Shown: positions 23,338 through 35,087 of the stretch, in pieces | Position numbering within the stretch: the first letter of the stretch is position 1 | Layout of the letters: every line of letters starts with the position of its first letter | Source of the DNA: a virus | IMG/VR virus record: IMGVR_UViG_3300009551_000003 | Coordinates: 1 to 64,000 of that record | Direction: 5' to 3' (one strand) | Length of the DNA: 64,000 nucleotides | Translations under genes and position numbers: made by a program | The notes under the pieces: model-generated | The model's database searches: none | The model's input: the letters and a program-made list of their open reading frames with translations, nothing else | Told to the model about the DNA's origin: nothing

Positions 23338-23547
23338 CAATAGCTTAGCATATTTTTCTCTTGACAAAGGGGGCGGCAATAAGATAGGTGACCGGGCTTT
23401 GCAACCCTAGGTAGCTATGGGGTAGGGTCCGCGAATCGCGACGAATCGTGAAGCGGTATGTGCCCTTGCTCATACTCGCTTGCCGAAAAACCGAACATAA
23501 TTATGAAAAAATATAGAAGCCCTTCCAGCAAAAATTAAGAGAAACTC

Positions 23548-23572
23548 TTGACACGAATCTCGGAGCCTGCTA
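23548..23572 (+). promoter_or_regulatory. Rightward sigma70-type promoter
   Basis: TTGAC acgaatctcggagcct GCTA upstream of the first + strand gene. Confidence 0.65.
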
Positions 23573-23612
23573 GGGCACGCGATCATTTGCCAACCTGATC
23601 GAGGCCTACCCG

Positions 23613-26600
23613 ATGTCCATATTCACCGACGAAGAACTCGACGAGCGCCGCCGGAAATTCAAAACGTTCGTCGAGCGCGGGCTCGTCATCTTGCATCAAC
23701 AACGCGACGGCACCGCCCGTCTCGAATTTCCGCAGCCGCGCGATCCCGAGATCGTGGCTTTCGATGCCGAAGGCGAGGCGGCGTTCCAGCGAAGCGAGCG
23801 GCGGCACTGAATGTGGCTCTTCATGCTCGGAGACTATCGCCTTCCGCTCGTGACCATGGCGGTCGGCGAGGGAGTGTGGCGCGGGCGGTCAGCCGACGTC
23901 AGCTATGAACTAGCCGTCGAGGGTCGCCTCCCGGCATTCGTGGCGTTTCCAAGCCGGCGGCCGGCCAACGATAACGACAACGATGTGTGGCGATGACAAG
24001 CTGCACCGTGACAGTCACGAGCACTAATTGCACATTAGGCGCGATCTATCTCCGGATCAAATGTGAGAACTGCGGGGGCACCGGCAGCATTAAGCGCACG
24101 CCGGGGCGGCACGCGTTTCGCACTATGACGGATGGCAGGCGCCGGCCTCGTTGTATGGGTTGTATGGGCCGGGGCTGGATCGAAGTGAGAGAACCAAAGC
24201 AATGAAAACCTCCAAGTTCGCCGACAAGGTCGCGCTCCTTATCCAAACTCTCGCCGACGTGCGCTGCCCGATCGAACGCGTCGAGACAACGACGGGCAGT
24301 CAGATTTTGCGAATCGTGATCAAGGATGAAGCGTTCACCATCACGATCGCCAAGGCACGGAAGCAACGACGATGACACGAAAGAGCGGACGACCTGAAAA
24401 CCAAAGCCTCATGCTCGCACGGTTGCAGGGCGACATGACCTACCACGGCAAGGCGTGCAAGCGGTGCGGCGGCGTCGAGCGCTACGTCCGGGGCGGCGGC
24501 GCGTGCGTCACCTGTCAGCGCGCCTACTCTATCGAATCCCGCGCCGCGATGAAGCGCATCGCGGCCGAGGCGGAAGGATTCACCGGCACCGAGATCACGA
24601 CAATTTTTCACGAGGAGGCTGCCGAGTTCACCGAGGAGATGATTGATGCGATCGAGCGCGAGTTCACCGAGGAGATGATTGATGCGATCGAGCGCGAGAC
24701 GCAATGTCAGTGCGGCTACCCGGCAACGCCGTGTGACAAAACCAAACACGACTACGGCCACGAGTGCGTCGCCGGCAACGAACGACCGCCATACATCCTT
24801 TGCGGTGGTTGCCCCACGCCAGACGATTGTCGAGGAGTCTACGCGTGCCGGGAGGCTGACAACGAGCAAGCGGGCACCGGCTGGATCGAGGCGGAGATCG
24901 AGCGCGCGGCCGGTGAGCAACCAATTGTTAACGATGATTCGGACCTCTCGCTTGACACCGCTGCGGCGCCGCGCTACCTGAGCCAAGACGAAATTCCGCA
25001 ACCGTGGGATTGACGATGACGGCCATAGAGGTGTTCGATGCCCTCCAGTCCCGTAATCGTTTTTGGGAGGATAGTTTCGTGACGATGAAGATCAGCACCT
25101 ACTTGATCGTGGACGCGGCCCGCGCCACACGAGACATATACAAGTCGAACGCTATCAAGCTTGCGAAGCATCACCCGGACAGCATCGGGATATTCAACGA
25201 GATCAGGCGCACGGCGCTGATGGACGCACTTTGCCACGATGAAAATCTGTGCGAGATGTTCGCCGGCCGCATCCATCAACTGAGCCACGGCGTAAAGGGA
25301 TAGGGCCGTGGCCAATCTACTCAAAAAGAGCAAGCGATCAAAGCTCCTGCCGCGCATTGTCAACGGCAACATATGGCTTGGCGAACGCTACGCCGAACAG
25401 ACGGAAGCTGATCGTCAAGCGCGTCGCGAGAGTGGCACGATGCCGCCAATGATGTTCACCCTCGACGTGGCAGCCGGCTCCGGCGAAGATCGCGTTGAAT
25501 ATCAGCTTCAGTTAACGGAAGACGAGATGATCGGCGCGACAGGAGAGTGGCTATCAAAGCTCGCGTCTCGTCGGGCTCGTCAAGCAAAGTTCACCAAAGA
25601 AAGGACCGAGTGATGGCATTTATCGACGGCAACGTTTCCGACCTGTTCTTTAACACCGATGTCACCGTAGCAGCGACGCACGATCATACTGGCCATTTCA
25701 CCGGCTATGACGATGCGAAGCTCCGCGAGGAGGCGGACTTGTTTCTCAAGTGCCTCGACCGGCTCGGCGTCACGGTGCCCACTGCCGATGACCTGATCGC
25801 CGACTTCCTCGCACGGTGCTGATGGCGCACTTTCCATCCAGATGGCGTCTCTATCTCGTCGAGGGCCGGCGCCCTCCATCGGATCGAAGAGATCGCCGTG
25901 CGGCTTGACGGTCCGAAGCCCTTGACATTCGACGAACGGCGCGATATGGCAAACTTGCTTAATCTGATTCTGAGTGAAGCGCAATATGTGAGGACACGAT
26001 GAATCGAGAATGGAATAGGCTCCGCTGGTCAATCATTGGCTTCGTCGTCTTCCCCGGCGTCGCGATGTTCTTCGCATGGCTGGTGTCATGATCACTCTGG
26101 AAAACCCGGTTCGGTTCGTCGCGATTGTTGCCGGCACCGTCGCATACTTCGCTCTCGGCGATGCGCATCTGGGCATCGCGTTCCTGCTCGGCACGTTCAT
26201 CGGGAGCGTGAAATTTGTGAAGCGAGGCGACGAACAATGATCAAGAGGCGACGAACAATGATCAATGAGCACTGTGAGCAATTGCTCGACGCTGGCCTAG
26301 TTCGGTATAACGCTATAGCTGGTCTTCACCGGGCGGGCCGCGTGGATGCAGCGATTCTTGCGCCGATGCTCATTGGCCTCCGATGCAAAAAGCTCAACAA
26401 AGAATATGTGATAACCCGGGTTGACTACGGCTACAACGGACACATCACGGCGCACGGCTATCGCATTCTCGGCAGCGGGCAGCGTGGCACAAAGACGTGG
26501 GATATCGGCACTATCCACTCGGGAAATTTCGAATGAGCAACGAGACAAAGTTTTGGAGAAACTACTGCATCATCCTGATCAGCATTTTCGCGCTCGTGAT

Positions 26601-26697
26601 CCTTACGATCCCATGGATCACCCTCGGCACGATGCGCTATGTCGATTGGGTCCATAGCAAGTTCGAATCTTCAGCCGTTTGCAGGGTGTCACAATGA
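23613..26697 (+). CDS. Cluster of short hypothetical genes (23613-23810, 23811-23996, 23993-24205 CxxC, 24202-24375, 24372-25013 Cys-rich, 25016-25303, 25308-25613, 25613-25822, 26259-26536, 26533-26697)
   Basis: Coupled co-oriented ORFs. Confidence 0.55.
24624..24698 (+). repeat. 36-bp in-frame tandem duplication (EFTEEMIDAIER x2)
   Basis: Exact DNA repeat. Confidence 0.9.
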
Positions 26698-27188
26698 TCA
26701 GGCTCCGCTTCGTCGCCACGTCAGGGCCGATCGCCCTCGCTATCCGGCTGCAAGCCGGCCTCTGTATGCCGTTCACTCCAAATCACGTCGAGGTTGTCTC
26801 GCAAGACGGCATGTTCTACATCGGCCAGCACATGGCCGGCGGGATGCAGGCGCGAGCAGCGGGCTATGACAAGGCAGAGCTTCTGCATGAGTTGTTCGTC
26901 GAATTGCCGTGCACGCCCGAGCAAGAGGCCGCGTTCTACGGCTACATCAATGCCAAGATTGGCATGCCCTACGACTGGAAGTCGATCTTCAGTTTCGTCG
27001 ATCCCGCGTGGAATCTTCATGACGTGGGCCATCTGATCTGTTCGGCGATCACGGCCGCCGCGCTGCGTACCAAGGGCTGCGAGTTCTTCCCGTGGCCAAT
27101 GACGGTGCCGCTCCATCACGTCTCGCCGCGCGATCTGTTGCTGATCCTGAGCAGTCACGTGAAGATCGACCATCCGGAGATGGCGTGA
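26694..27188 (+). CDS. Permuted papain-like (NlpC/P60, YiiX/YaeF-type) enzyme
   Basis: His precedes Cys: NHVEVV...KIGMPYD...LICSA...VSPRDL. Confidence 0.7.
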   Translation: MIRLRFVATSGPIALAIRLQAGLCMPFTPNHVEVVSQDGMFYIGQHMAGGMQARAAGYDKAELLHELFVELPCTPEQEAAFYGYINAKIGMPYDWKSIFSFVDPAWNLHDVGHLICSAITAAALRTKGCEFFPWPMTVPLHHVSPRDLLLILSSHVKIDHPEMA

Positions 27189-27473
27189 TGCGGAAGCTGA
27201 TCTCGCTCGTGGCTATCCTAGCTGCCGGGTTTGTCTACGGCCTCTTCTATGGCTATGACTGGGGCATCTCTGACGGTCGCCAAGCGGGCCGGCGTGAAGT
27301 TCTCGCTGAGAAGGTGATCGAGAAGTCCGAATACGATCGCGAGATGCAACAAGCCGGCCTTTGCAAGTGGGTGAAACTCATGGCGGACGACGTGAGATGC
27401 AAAGCGGAGTTGCCTTGACATCTGACTGACGCCGCGCTATGGCAGACTAGGTGATGCGACAGGGCCGGTTGAC

Positions 27474-27701
27474 ATGGGCAAGAAAAACAACCTATGCGAG
27501 ACAGTCGTTCGTGAAGTTGCCGAGAGCTTCGGTGGCGCGATAGTCGAAACGGGCAAGACGGGCAGCAACCATAGCTACGCCGTGATCAAGATAGGCGCCC
27601 GGCGTCGGAAGGTGTTCTATCCTTCGACGCCGAGTGACCGCCGGAGAGGCCATTTGAATTTAAGATGCGACCTACGCAAGGCAATCGGAGCAATGCTATG
27701 A
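27474..27701 (+). CDS. HicA-like small protein
   Basis: GSNHSYAV...PSTPSDRR...NLRCDLRK; has its own TTGAC-N16-GCTA promoter at 27415. Confidence 0.45.
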   Translation: MGKKNNLCETVVREVAESFGGAIVETGKTGSNHSYAVIKIGARRRKVFYPSTPSDRRRGHLNLRCDLRKAIGAML

Positions 27702-28125
27702 CTCCGGACATTTGCCCTACGTGCGGAAGAGTGACGACGTGGGATATCCAACATTGTCGCTACCACATCGACTGTATGATGCGCGGCAAACCGGAGCCTG
27801 ACCATGCCGAAGATCGAATGGGCGCTACACAAGCAACCGGAGAATCCCCAGCTATACACGCTTTCGATGCGCAACGTTCGGAAGGACGAAGCGGCGCGAT
27901 TGCTCATGACGTTCGCGGAGATTCAGCGCGAGCGCGGCGAAGCTAACCCCCCGACACCGGAGTTGAAGTGATGCCGAAGTTCCTCACACCGTTCGTTCTC
28001 TGGGTGGCTGGTACTGCATGTCTCGCGCTCTGCGCCTACTTGGTCAATGGCGTCGCTCCAGCAGCCGGCGTGCTCGGAACAAGTCTGCTTTGCGTGGCCT
28101 TCATCCTTGGACTAAGGAAATTGTG

Positions 28126-31100
28126 ATGTGGACGTTTTTGACTGACAACAAGACGGGCATTGAACTGCTCGTCAATATGGGCATGGTCGAGCGAGTCGAG
28201 GGTCGCTCACGCGGCTCCGCGCTGTACTATACCTATCGACGGCGCCCGGTCCGTGTGACCGAATCGCTTCACGAGATTTCAAAACGGCTCAGCGTACCCA
28301 AACGGAGGAAGTGATGCCGCAGGAGCGACCGAATCACTACGGCCATCTGTTGGCGAAGAGAAGCGATGACGAGTGGCGCGAGATCGCTGCCCGACAGCGC
28401 TACGCCAGCCCTCATTTCCCGACGAAGGCCGAGGCTACTCGACGGCGGCGACACAAGTTGCTTCGCGTGGGCGCGGTGTACCTTTCGCTTTTTGGCGTTG
28501 CATCGTCCATGGCGCTCTCGTCGGTCCTGACCGTAAGCTTCATTGGGGTCATCGGCACTGCGGTCGTGGCTGCCTCCGCCGCTGTGTTCTTCGGGTATGA
28601 ATACTTCACCCGAGAGAGGCTTGCACCATGACACCGCTGCATCTGCAAATGTTGTTGCACTACTACGCTATCGCAGAGCCCTACGCGAAGAACGATCCGC
28701 TACATGCGGAGAGCCGGGCTGTCAGTCGGTATCGTGATCAACTCGTTTCGCTGAAGCTGATCCACGAAGACCCGACGTCAGGGAGCGGCTATAGCTGTAC
28801 TGAGCGTGGCTTCGCTTATGTCGAGGCGCTGAAGGCGTTGCCCCTTCCCGAAGTCTTCACCGAATGGAAGATTCCAAGCGTAAAATGATCCTTGAACGCA
28901 CCTACGATGATGGTTACAAGCCTTGGTTCGCTTGGCGCCCCGTGATACTCGACGGCCCTAACGAGTGGACGCGTTGTCGCGAGAAGAACTGCCGGCGTCG
29001 CCTCGTGTGGTTGTGTTGGATAGAGCGCTGGCGGCATAAACCTCGCCCGTACTATGCCGTTTTCGATGGCGCGGGACAACGGTGATACTATGGCCCACGT
29101 TCATGAGTCGGCGGCCATCCGAATCCTCGATTGGCTCCATCGCGCAGAGGATAGTCTTGCTGGTCACGAAGTTTGCTTGAGCAATGGCGTTCGTGGCGTC
29201 GTTCACGAGGTTCGACTTGACGACCATCACGGGTTGTGCTTTACGTTCGACGATCCGGTCTCCGGTTTCGACGAGATCGAATGCGGTATCACGCGGCGTT
29301 GGTTTCCTGTCTCAACCATCCGAGAGTTCGCGAAATGTGTGACTGTGCCTCAATGTTCTTTATCGGAGGGGCGGCCGGCGCCGTAGCCTGTGGCGTGCTG
29401 CTCCTCGTGTTCTTGAAATCGTAAAGCCGATGCGCCGATCTCTTTGGTCTCAATTTATCATGCAGGGTAAGCTCGTGCTCGAATATGACGTTCGCGGCTG
29501 CATGGCCGAGAACCACGTTCTCAAAAACGTTTGGGAGATCGTCGAGTTCGGCTATCAGCCGAAGTTCATTCCGGGCTCCGCGAAAATCCACATGGCACGC
29601 TGCCGATTGATCCAGAGCCGCGACGATCTCGACGAAGAGTTCACCCTCATTCCTTCGAGCGATCTATACGCGCTTCCTCCCGGCAGCTTCGGGCAGTCGA
29701 TCGGTTACGCATGGAGACATTGATGGATGTAACTCAAAAACTGATTCTCGACAATCAGGCGCTCATTATGGACGGCATCGCTGCGCTTCTGCACAAGGAT
29801 GCGCCTCGCTCTGGCATCACAGGGGCGCCTTGGGAAACTCCTCTCTGGGATAAGCTCTGGAGTTCGGCGACGAATACGCGGCGCCATATCAACTCCCTAA
29901 ATGTGAAACCGCACCTGAAGTCGTCGCGATGACTGAGCGGACTGATAGGTGCGTTTTCAGATTTGAAGGTGGCAAGGAATTTCCGTGCTGGGGTGATCTC
30001 GAAATATATGACGAGACAGAAGAGGGTGATGTGATAGAAGTCTGCCAAGGACACAGTGGTTGCTGCCTGTCAGGTCCGCTAGATCAGATGGAGCGCGGCG
30101 GCTACATCGCGCAGGGCTCTCGATGACGGAGCCTGTTCAACTTATCACCCGCCCAAGTTCTCAGAATCAAGAGACCGTGGACATGCTCAAAGACTATCTT
30201 CGCATGGCAGAGGCCGGGGAGATCATCGGCATCGCCGTGGTTGGCCTCTGTCCTGATGGCGCTGTCAACCATCGGGCCAGCAGCACCGATCGCCAGATGA
30301 CAATGATCGGCGGGGTCTCTCGGCTCCTCCACAGGATGCACTTGAACGCTGACGAAGGCATTGTATGACTAAGCCCTTCAGCAAGCAGGCCGTGCATATG
30401 GTGGGTCACAAGAACGGCTTCCGACTGGAACTGTTCGGCATGGATGTCATGACGCTCTGTGGAAAGCTGGGCTCTCCAACTGATGGTGTCCCTACGCGAT
30501 ACGTGCTCATTGATTCGAGCGGCAATAGATTTCAGGCGACCACGAGAGAGCGCTTTACATCCTGTAAGAAATGTCTCAATCTGATGACGATCGGCACACT
30601 ACACGCGAGGAAAGAATGTCAGACGCCAGCGATATCGCCTTCAGCAAATGGCTCGAATCAAGTCCCCTTAAAGCGTCTACTCGACCGGCGCTCGCGAATG
30701 CCAAAGTCGCCTTCGAGGCCGGCTGGGAAGCCCGCAAGGCTGCGCAGTACCGCGACGTAGTCGGTGTGGACGCCGGAGTCGAACCGGCGTTCTACGGTCC
30801 GTGGGTCCCTCCGCGAGAAAATCCGAGGGATAAGCTGTTCAAGCCGGACCCGGAGGATAAGTCGTGAGCGCAGAGTACATTATCGGCTTTTCTATGCTTG
30901 CTCTAGTGCCACTTCTCGTCTATGTTTTCTTCCGGGCGGTCCGCAGATGAAGTTCACAATATTCGTGCGTCCGGCTGGAACGAAGTCATCTGCTTGGCGA
31001 GAAAACTACGACTTCGCTCACGTGCTCGACATGGAGTGCGCGATACAGGCCGCTCAGGTTTACGTGGCCGACTGGAATGCGCGCGGCGCTACGAAGCGGA

Positions 31101-32490
31101 GTCGGCATAACGGCATGATCGAGAAGCGGCGAGAAGTTGTCGCCGTCGAGTTCAACGGAGAGCGTCGGGAGTTGCGATGATGACTGCGCGCTACGGTCGG
31201 AGCTACGACTCCCCTACTGTCCCCGCTAACGACGAGGCAAAGTACCGCGACTGGAAACGGCGCGATCAATGGAAGCGTCGCGCGGGACAGGACGCGTTCG
31301 ACCGCTCCGGCATTCGATGCGAAGATAAGCCGTCATGCCCGTGTCCGATATGCGCCGAGTTCGGCAAGATGCGCGCTGAAGCCCACCACTTCCACTACAT
31401 CAGAGGCGTAGACTGGCCCGAGGCATGGCGGGCGGCCGGTTGGACTGGCGATGGCAATGCGGAGACACCGTTCTGTAATCCCGGCGAGGGCGTGACCGGA
31501 AGGCCGTCGCGGATCATTGTCGAAAGCAACCCGGCTCCCCGGGGATGGGTTGCCGATCGGTTCGCGGAAATAGATTATTTACCATCTCCAGAACCACAAA
31601 TCGAATCAGCTTGCGCGCCAACTCGCGACATGCCAGATACAGACCCGTATGCTCGGATGACCGAATACTTGATCGCGAGGAAAGCGTGAGCGTCAGATAC
31701 ACGATAGCCGTCAGCCTCGTGAAATACCTCAGTGCGCCGAACAAGCGTTCGGTGAAACGCAACTGCGCCATTCACGGTCTCGTACATCCCCGGCTCCCGG
31801 CTGCGGAGAAGGCGGCTAGGGCGCTGCTTGCCTTGCCATCAGTAGAGCACGTGACGATCAAGCGTATCGACGAACGGCTAGTGAGTATTTGGACGAAGCA
31901 TGCGCGCGAGCGTTGGCTTGCGCAACGTCGCGAAAGCTCGCGTCAAGGCGACCCCTGTCCAGCATGGCCCCGTTGCCGGTGCATTGTGCAAGGGTACATC
32001 AATCGCAAAGAGCCTACAGGCTGCGGCCGGAAGCCGAGAACAAAACGATGACGACAGTGCTGCCGCCGTTGAGGCCTTACATTGTGCGAGCGCGTGAAAC
32101 CCGCGTGCATGAGTTTCGAGTTCAAGCGAGATCGGAAGAAGAGGCCAAAGAGATCGTGGAGGAGTTCGCGGACTACGGGTCGTCCCTGACGGATCAGTTC
32201 GATAGCAACGAAGTGATGGACGCTACGCTGGAGAGCGATCGTAAATGAAATTCGAAGACGCCATTCACGCGTGCAAATGCGGCGGTTACATCCGCGACGA
32301 ATCCGGCACGATGCAGCCGGGTTGGAAGATCATGTTCATCCCCGGACAGCGGCCGGGCGGGACGGTCCCGCGCAATCCTGCAAAGCGTGAAGGTGATTTC
32401 TTCACGATCAATCCTGTCACCGGATCGAGCTACATGGTCCGGTTTACTGACGCGCATCGCGCGTCTGACCAATGGAGGACTACGCTATGA
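28126..32490 (+). CDS. Cluster of short hypothetical genes (e.g. 28314-28631 membrane protein, 28628-28888, 29090-29386, 29430-29723, 30123-30368, 30616-30867, 31177-31689, 32048-32248, 32245-32490)
   Basis: Coupled co-oriented ORFs. Confidence 0.55.
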
Positions 32491-33380
32491 CCCCTTTCGC
32501 GTATCTGGGCTTGCTTCTACTCACGGTCCTCGTGATCGTGATCCTCCGACTAGCACGAGGCCGTCATCGGCTCGAAGAGAGCGCTGAGTACGGATATTTG
32601 GCCGGCGGTGTCTATGACCCCGAAGAACGCGTCTCGGGGCACGATCTCGCGGAGCGTGATGCGGAGCGTGATACCGACCCCATTGAATACGCTAAGAGCG
32701 TCGAGGCTGATCCACACGGCATCGTAACACGACCTGATCAAATTCCGGCGAAACACCGCTACCCTGCCGAGCCGCGAACGTTCGGCAAGCGCAAACGCGA
32801 TCCGAGAATTGCCTTGACGCCTCGCATGCTGGCGCGTGTCAACATCCAACGGAAGTTGCGAGACAAGTCGCCGCTCAATCACGCCGGATTTCAGAACGCC
32901 GTCGCGCACGCGTGGGATCAGCCCCATGAACAGCCGGCGGATCAGACGGGTTGGCTTGCCTATCTGATCGCGTATGAAGTCCTGTTTGCTGGCCACGAGG
33001 CCTCCCGCGTAGACGGCCACGGCGGCGGACTCACGATTGACCCTGACAAGCCCTACAATGGACAGGGAGGAGAGTTTGCCGGCGCCGGGGCCACAGGCTC
33101 GTGGGATGCCGAACTTCAACGGGCGGCGGCCTCCACGATCACTGCCGAGGTGCCAGCCGTTGCTCCCGGACCTTCTCAGATCGACATCTATGCGGCTGCG
33201 GCCGGCATCGCTACGGCAGCGGCATACAGCGCGCCGGCTCCGGAGCCAATCAGGCACGAGAGTTCACTCGACCCGATGCCGAGCTTCAGCGCGCCGGACC
33301 CGAGCCCGAGCTACGACAGTTCATCCTCGTCGAGCGATAGCTCGTCGTCGTCGTCGTCCTCTTCGTCTTCGAGTGATTGA
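32487..33380 (+). CDS. Membrane-anchored protein with a GGEFAGAGATGSW motif and Ser-rich tail
   Basis: N-terminal transmembrane helix; poly-Ser C-terminus. Confidence 0.7.
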   Translation: MTPFAYLGLLLLTVLVIVILRLARGRHRLEESAEYGYLAGGVYDPEERVSGHDLAERDAERDTDPIEYAKSVEADPHGIVTRPDQIPAKHRYPAEPRTFGKRKRDPRIALTPRMLARVNIQRKLRDKSPLNHAGFQNAVAHAWDQPHEQPADQTGWLAYLIAYEVLFAGHEASRVDGHGGGLTIDPDKPYNGQGGEFAGAGATGSWDAELQRAAASTITAEVPAVAPGPSQIDIYAAAAGIATAAAYSAPAPEPIRHESSLDPMPSFSAPDPSPSYDSSSSSSDSSSSSSSSSSSSD

Positions 33381-33862
33381 ATGAAGTGTCTCGACGAAAA
33401 CGAACGCCTCGCCTTGGCTCTACGGATTGCGTCCGGAGAGTTGGAGATTTGCTACGCTCGCGTCGAGGAGAGCGGCCACACCTATTGCACAGTAAGGAAA
33501 CCTCATGACCAAAACCGAAGAACTGATTCTGCGCGGACTGCATCTGATGATACGCTCCAGCTTCTCGCCGAATGATCCGGTCGCGCAAGCGAAGCATTTC
33601 GTCGGGCTCCAACAGGACATCGCCCCATGGTTAACGGACTACGCCGAGATCATGTCTGGCAGCGAACAGAAGACGGCCGACTGATTCAAATTTTCTCGTG
33701 GACAATCGTTCGCGAAGGTGATATCGGCTTTGTCAAAGAGTACCAAAATGGCGCGCTGGCGTTAACGTATGGGCCAATGCCGACAGCTATCTTGGGACCG
33801 TTCGTCAATGAATGCAACAATCGTGTTGCGACAATCATGGCCCGCTTGATGGAGAAGCACCT

Positions 33863-34162
33863 ATGAGAATCCCCGAGGTCCGCCGCGTGCTTGCGCAGGC
33901 TGCGGACGACTTGCGTACTGGAAAACGCAAGCCGGCAACGATCGCAAAGCTGATCGACTTTTTAGTCGTCAATGAGATGTGGCGCAAGAAACCTCGCCGG
34001 AAGTTCGGTAAGGCCATTCGCACCAAGCTTACGCCCGAACTGAAGAAGAAGATCAGGAAGTATGCCCGCGAGCACAAAACTCAGGACATGCAGGAGATCG
34101 GCAATTTCTTCAACGTCAACCCCGGCCGCGTGTCCGAGATTTTGTCGGGCTTTCGCCGGTAA
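33863..34162 (+). CDS. Helix-turn-helix DNA-binding protein
   Basis: C-terminal MQEIGNFFNVNPGRVSEILSG. Confidence 0.65.
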   Translation: MRIPEVRRVLAQAADDLRTGKRKPATIAKLIDFLVVNEMWRKKPRRKFGKAIRTKLTPELKKKIRKYAREHKTQDMQEIGNFFNVNPGRVSEILSGFRR

Positions 34163-34180
34163 CGAAATGCGCGGAGAGTA

Positions 34181-34473
34181 GGGGAGCAAGCATGCGCCCC
34201 GAGGGTACGCGAGCAAAGCAGCTAGGACTTCGATCGGCATGTCGGTTTCGACCGAACGATCGAGGCTCCGTAAAGGGTCCGGGCTTCCCGCTGCCGGGCT
34301 TGGGAGCGTAAGGGACGGGAGACGTATTCTCCCTGCATGCTGTCCCCGTGTTCTTCAAGTCTGATGCCCAACGGATTCGACTGCCGTATAAAGAGGGGCG
34401 GGCGGAGTAATACCGTCCGGCGGCGTGGCAAGGGCACAAGATGCTAAGAACCCTGCCCCTCTTTATGCCGCAG
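34181..34473 (+). ncRNA. Candidate structured noncoding RNA B
   Basis: Closing helix 34181-34195/34335-34347 encloses several hairpins including TCGGT-TTCG-ACCGA; a second ~22-bp helix pairs 34381-34402 with 34451-34473. Confidence 0.55.
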
Positions 34474-34571
34474 CTATGTTACGATTCGCGCAAAAATATG
34501 TCGCGAAAACTAGGAGAGAGCAGTTGAGAAAGCGCCGCCGAAAAGATGCTGCACTGGCGTTTGCTCTAGAC

Positions 34572-34793
34572 GTGAAACAGCCTGATCCGCATGCCTTCAT
34601 TCAATGGAAGGGCACCGATGTTTGCATGGACTTCCACTGTGAGTGCGGCGCGCACCACCACATCGATGCGGATTTTGTTTATGCCGTGAAGTGCTACAAG
34701 TGCAATGCGATCTGGGAGATGCCGAGTCATCTCTATCCGCGTCGTGTACTGAAGCACGATTGCATCTTTATAACCAAGCCCGAGGAAGAGTAA
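34572..34793 (+). CDS. Small Cys/His-rich (Zn-ribbon-like) protein
   Basis: FIQWKGTDVCMDFHCECG...CYKC; GTG start likely. Confidence 0.55.
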   Translation: MKQPDPHAFIQWKGTDVCMDFHCECGAHHHIDADFVYAVKCYKCNAIWEMPSHLYPRRVLKHDCIFITKPEEE

Positions 34794-35087
34794 ATGGCTA
34801 AGACGAAACGCACCACGAAGAACGGATTCAGGAAGACCGGCAAAGCGCCGCTGCACAGTCGCAATATCAAAATTTTCGTAGTGAAGGGCGGCGATCAGGT
34901 TCGACTTGCCGGCGGCGCGCGTAAGGACGGCACTCCGGTCCGGAAGGGCAAGGATTCGAAACCGATCTTTCTTGGTCGGGTCTATACCGGCGTTAACACT
35001 GGCAAGGTTTATCCCTACGCCAGCAAGAAACGCGGCGGGACAGGCTTGACACTCACGCCGCGTCAAGCTATCGCAGTCGTCAAATAG
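34794..35087 (+). CDS. Highly basic small protein
   Basis: K/R/G-rich 97 aa with an upstream GAGGAAG RBS. Confidence 0.7.
   Translation: MAKTKRTTKNGFRKTGKAPLHSRNIKIFVVKGGDQVRLAGGARKDGTPVRKGKDSKPIFLGRVYTGVNTGKVYPYASKKRGGTGLTLTPRQAIAVVK

Larger units (their letters stand above)
22560..23545. other. ~1-kb noncoding divergence region; candidate replication origin and/or genome terminus
   Basis: No ORF of 60 aa or more; GTGCCAGTG iterons in both orientations; four TTAAC-rich 23-mers; IHF consensus; strand switch of gene orientation. Confidence 0.6.

Noticed and set aside
34370-34480. tmRNA, suggested by GGATTCGAC followed by a long helix
   Set aside because: No GGGG acceptor strand, T-arm, CCA end or tag reading frame was found in either standard or permuted arrangement.
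34425-34571. N-terminal extension of the 34425-34793 ORF
   Set aside because: It overlaps the structured RNA helix; the protein-like sequence begins near the GTG at 34572.
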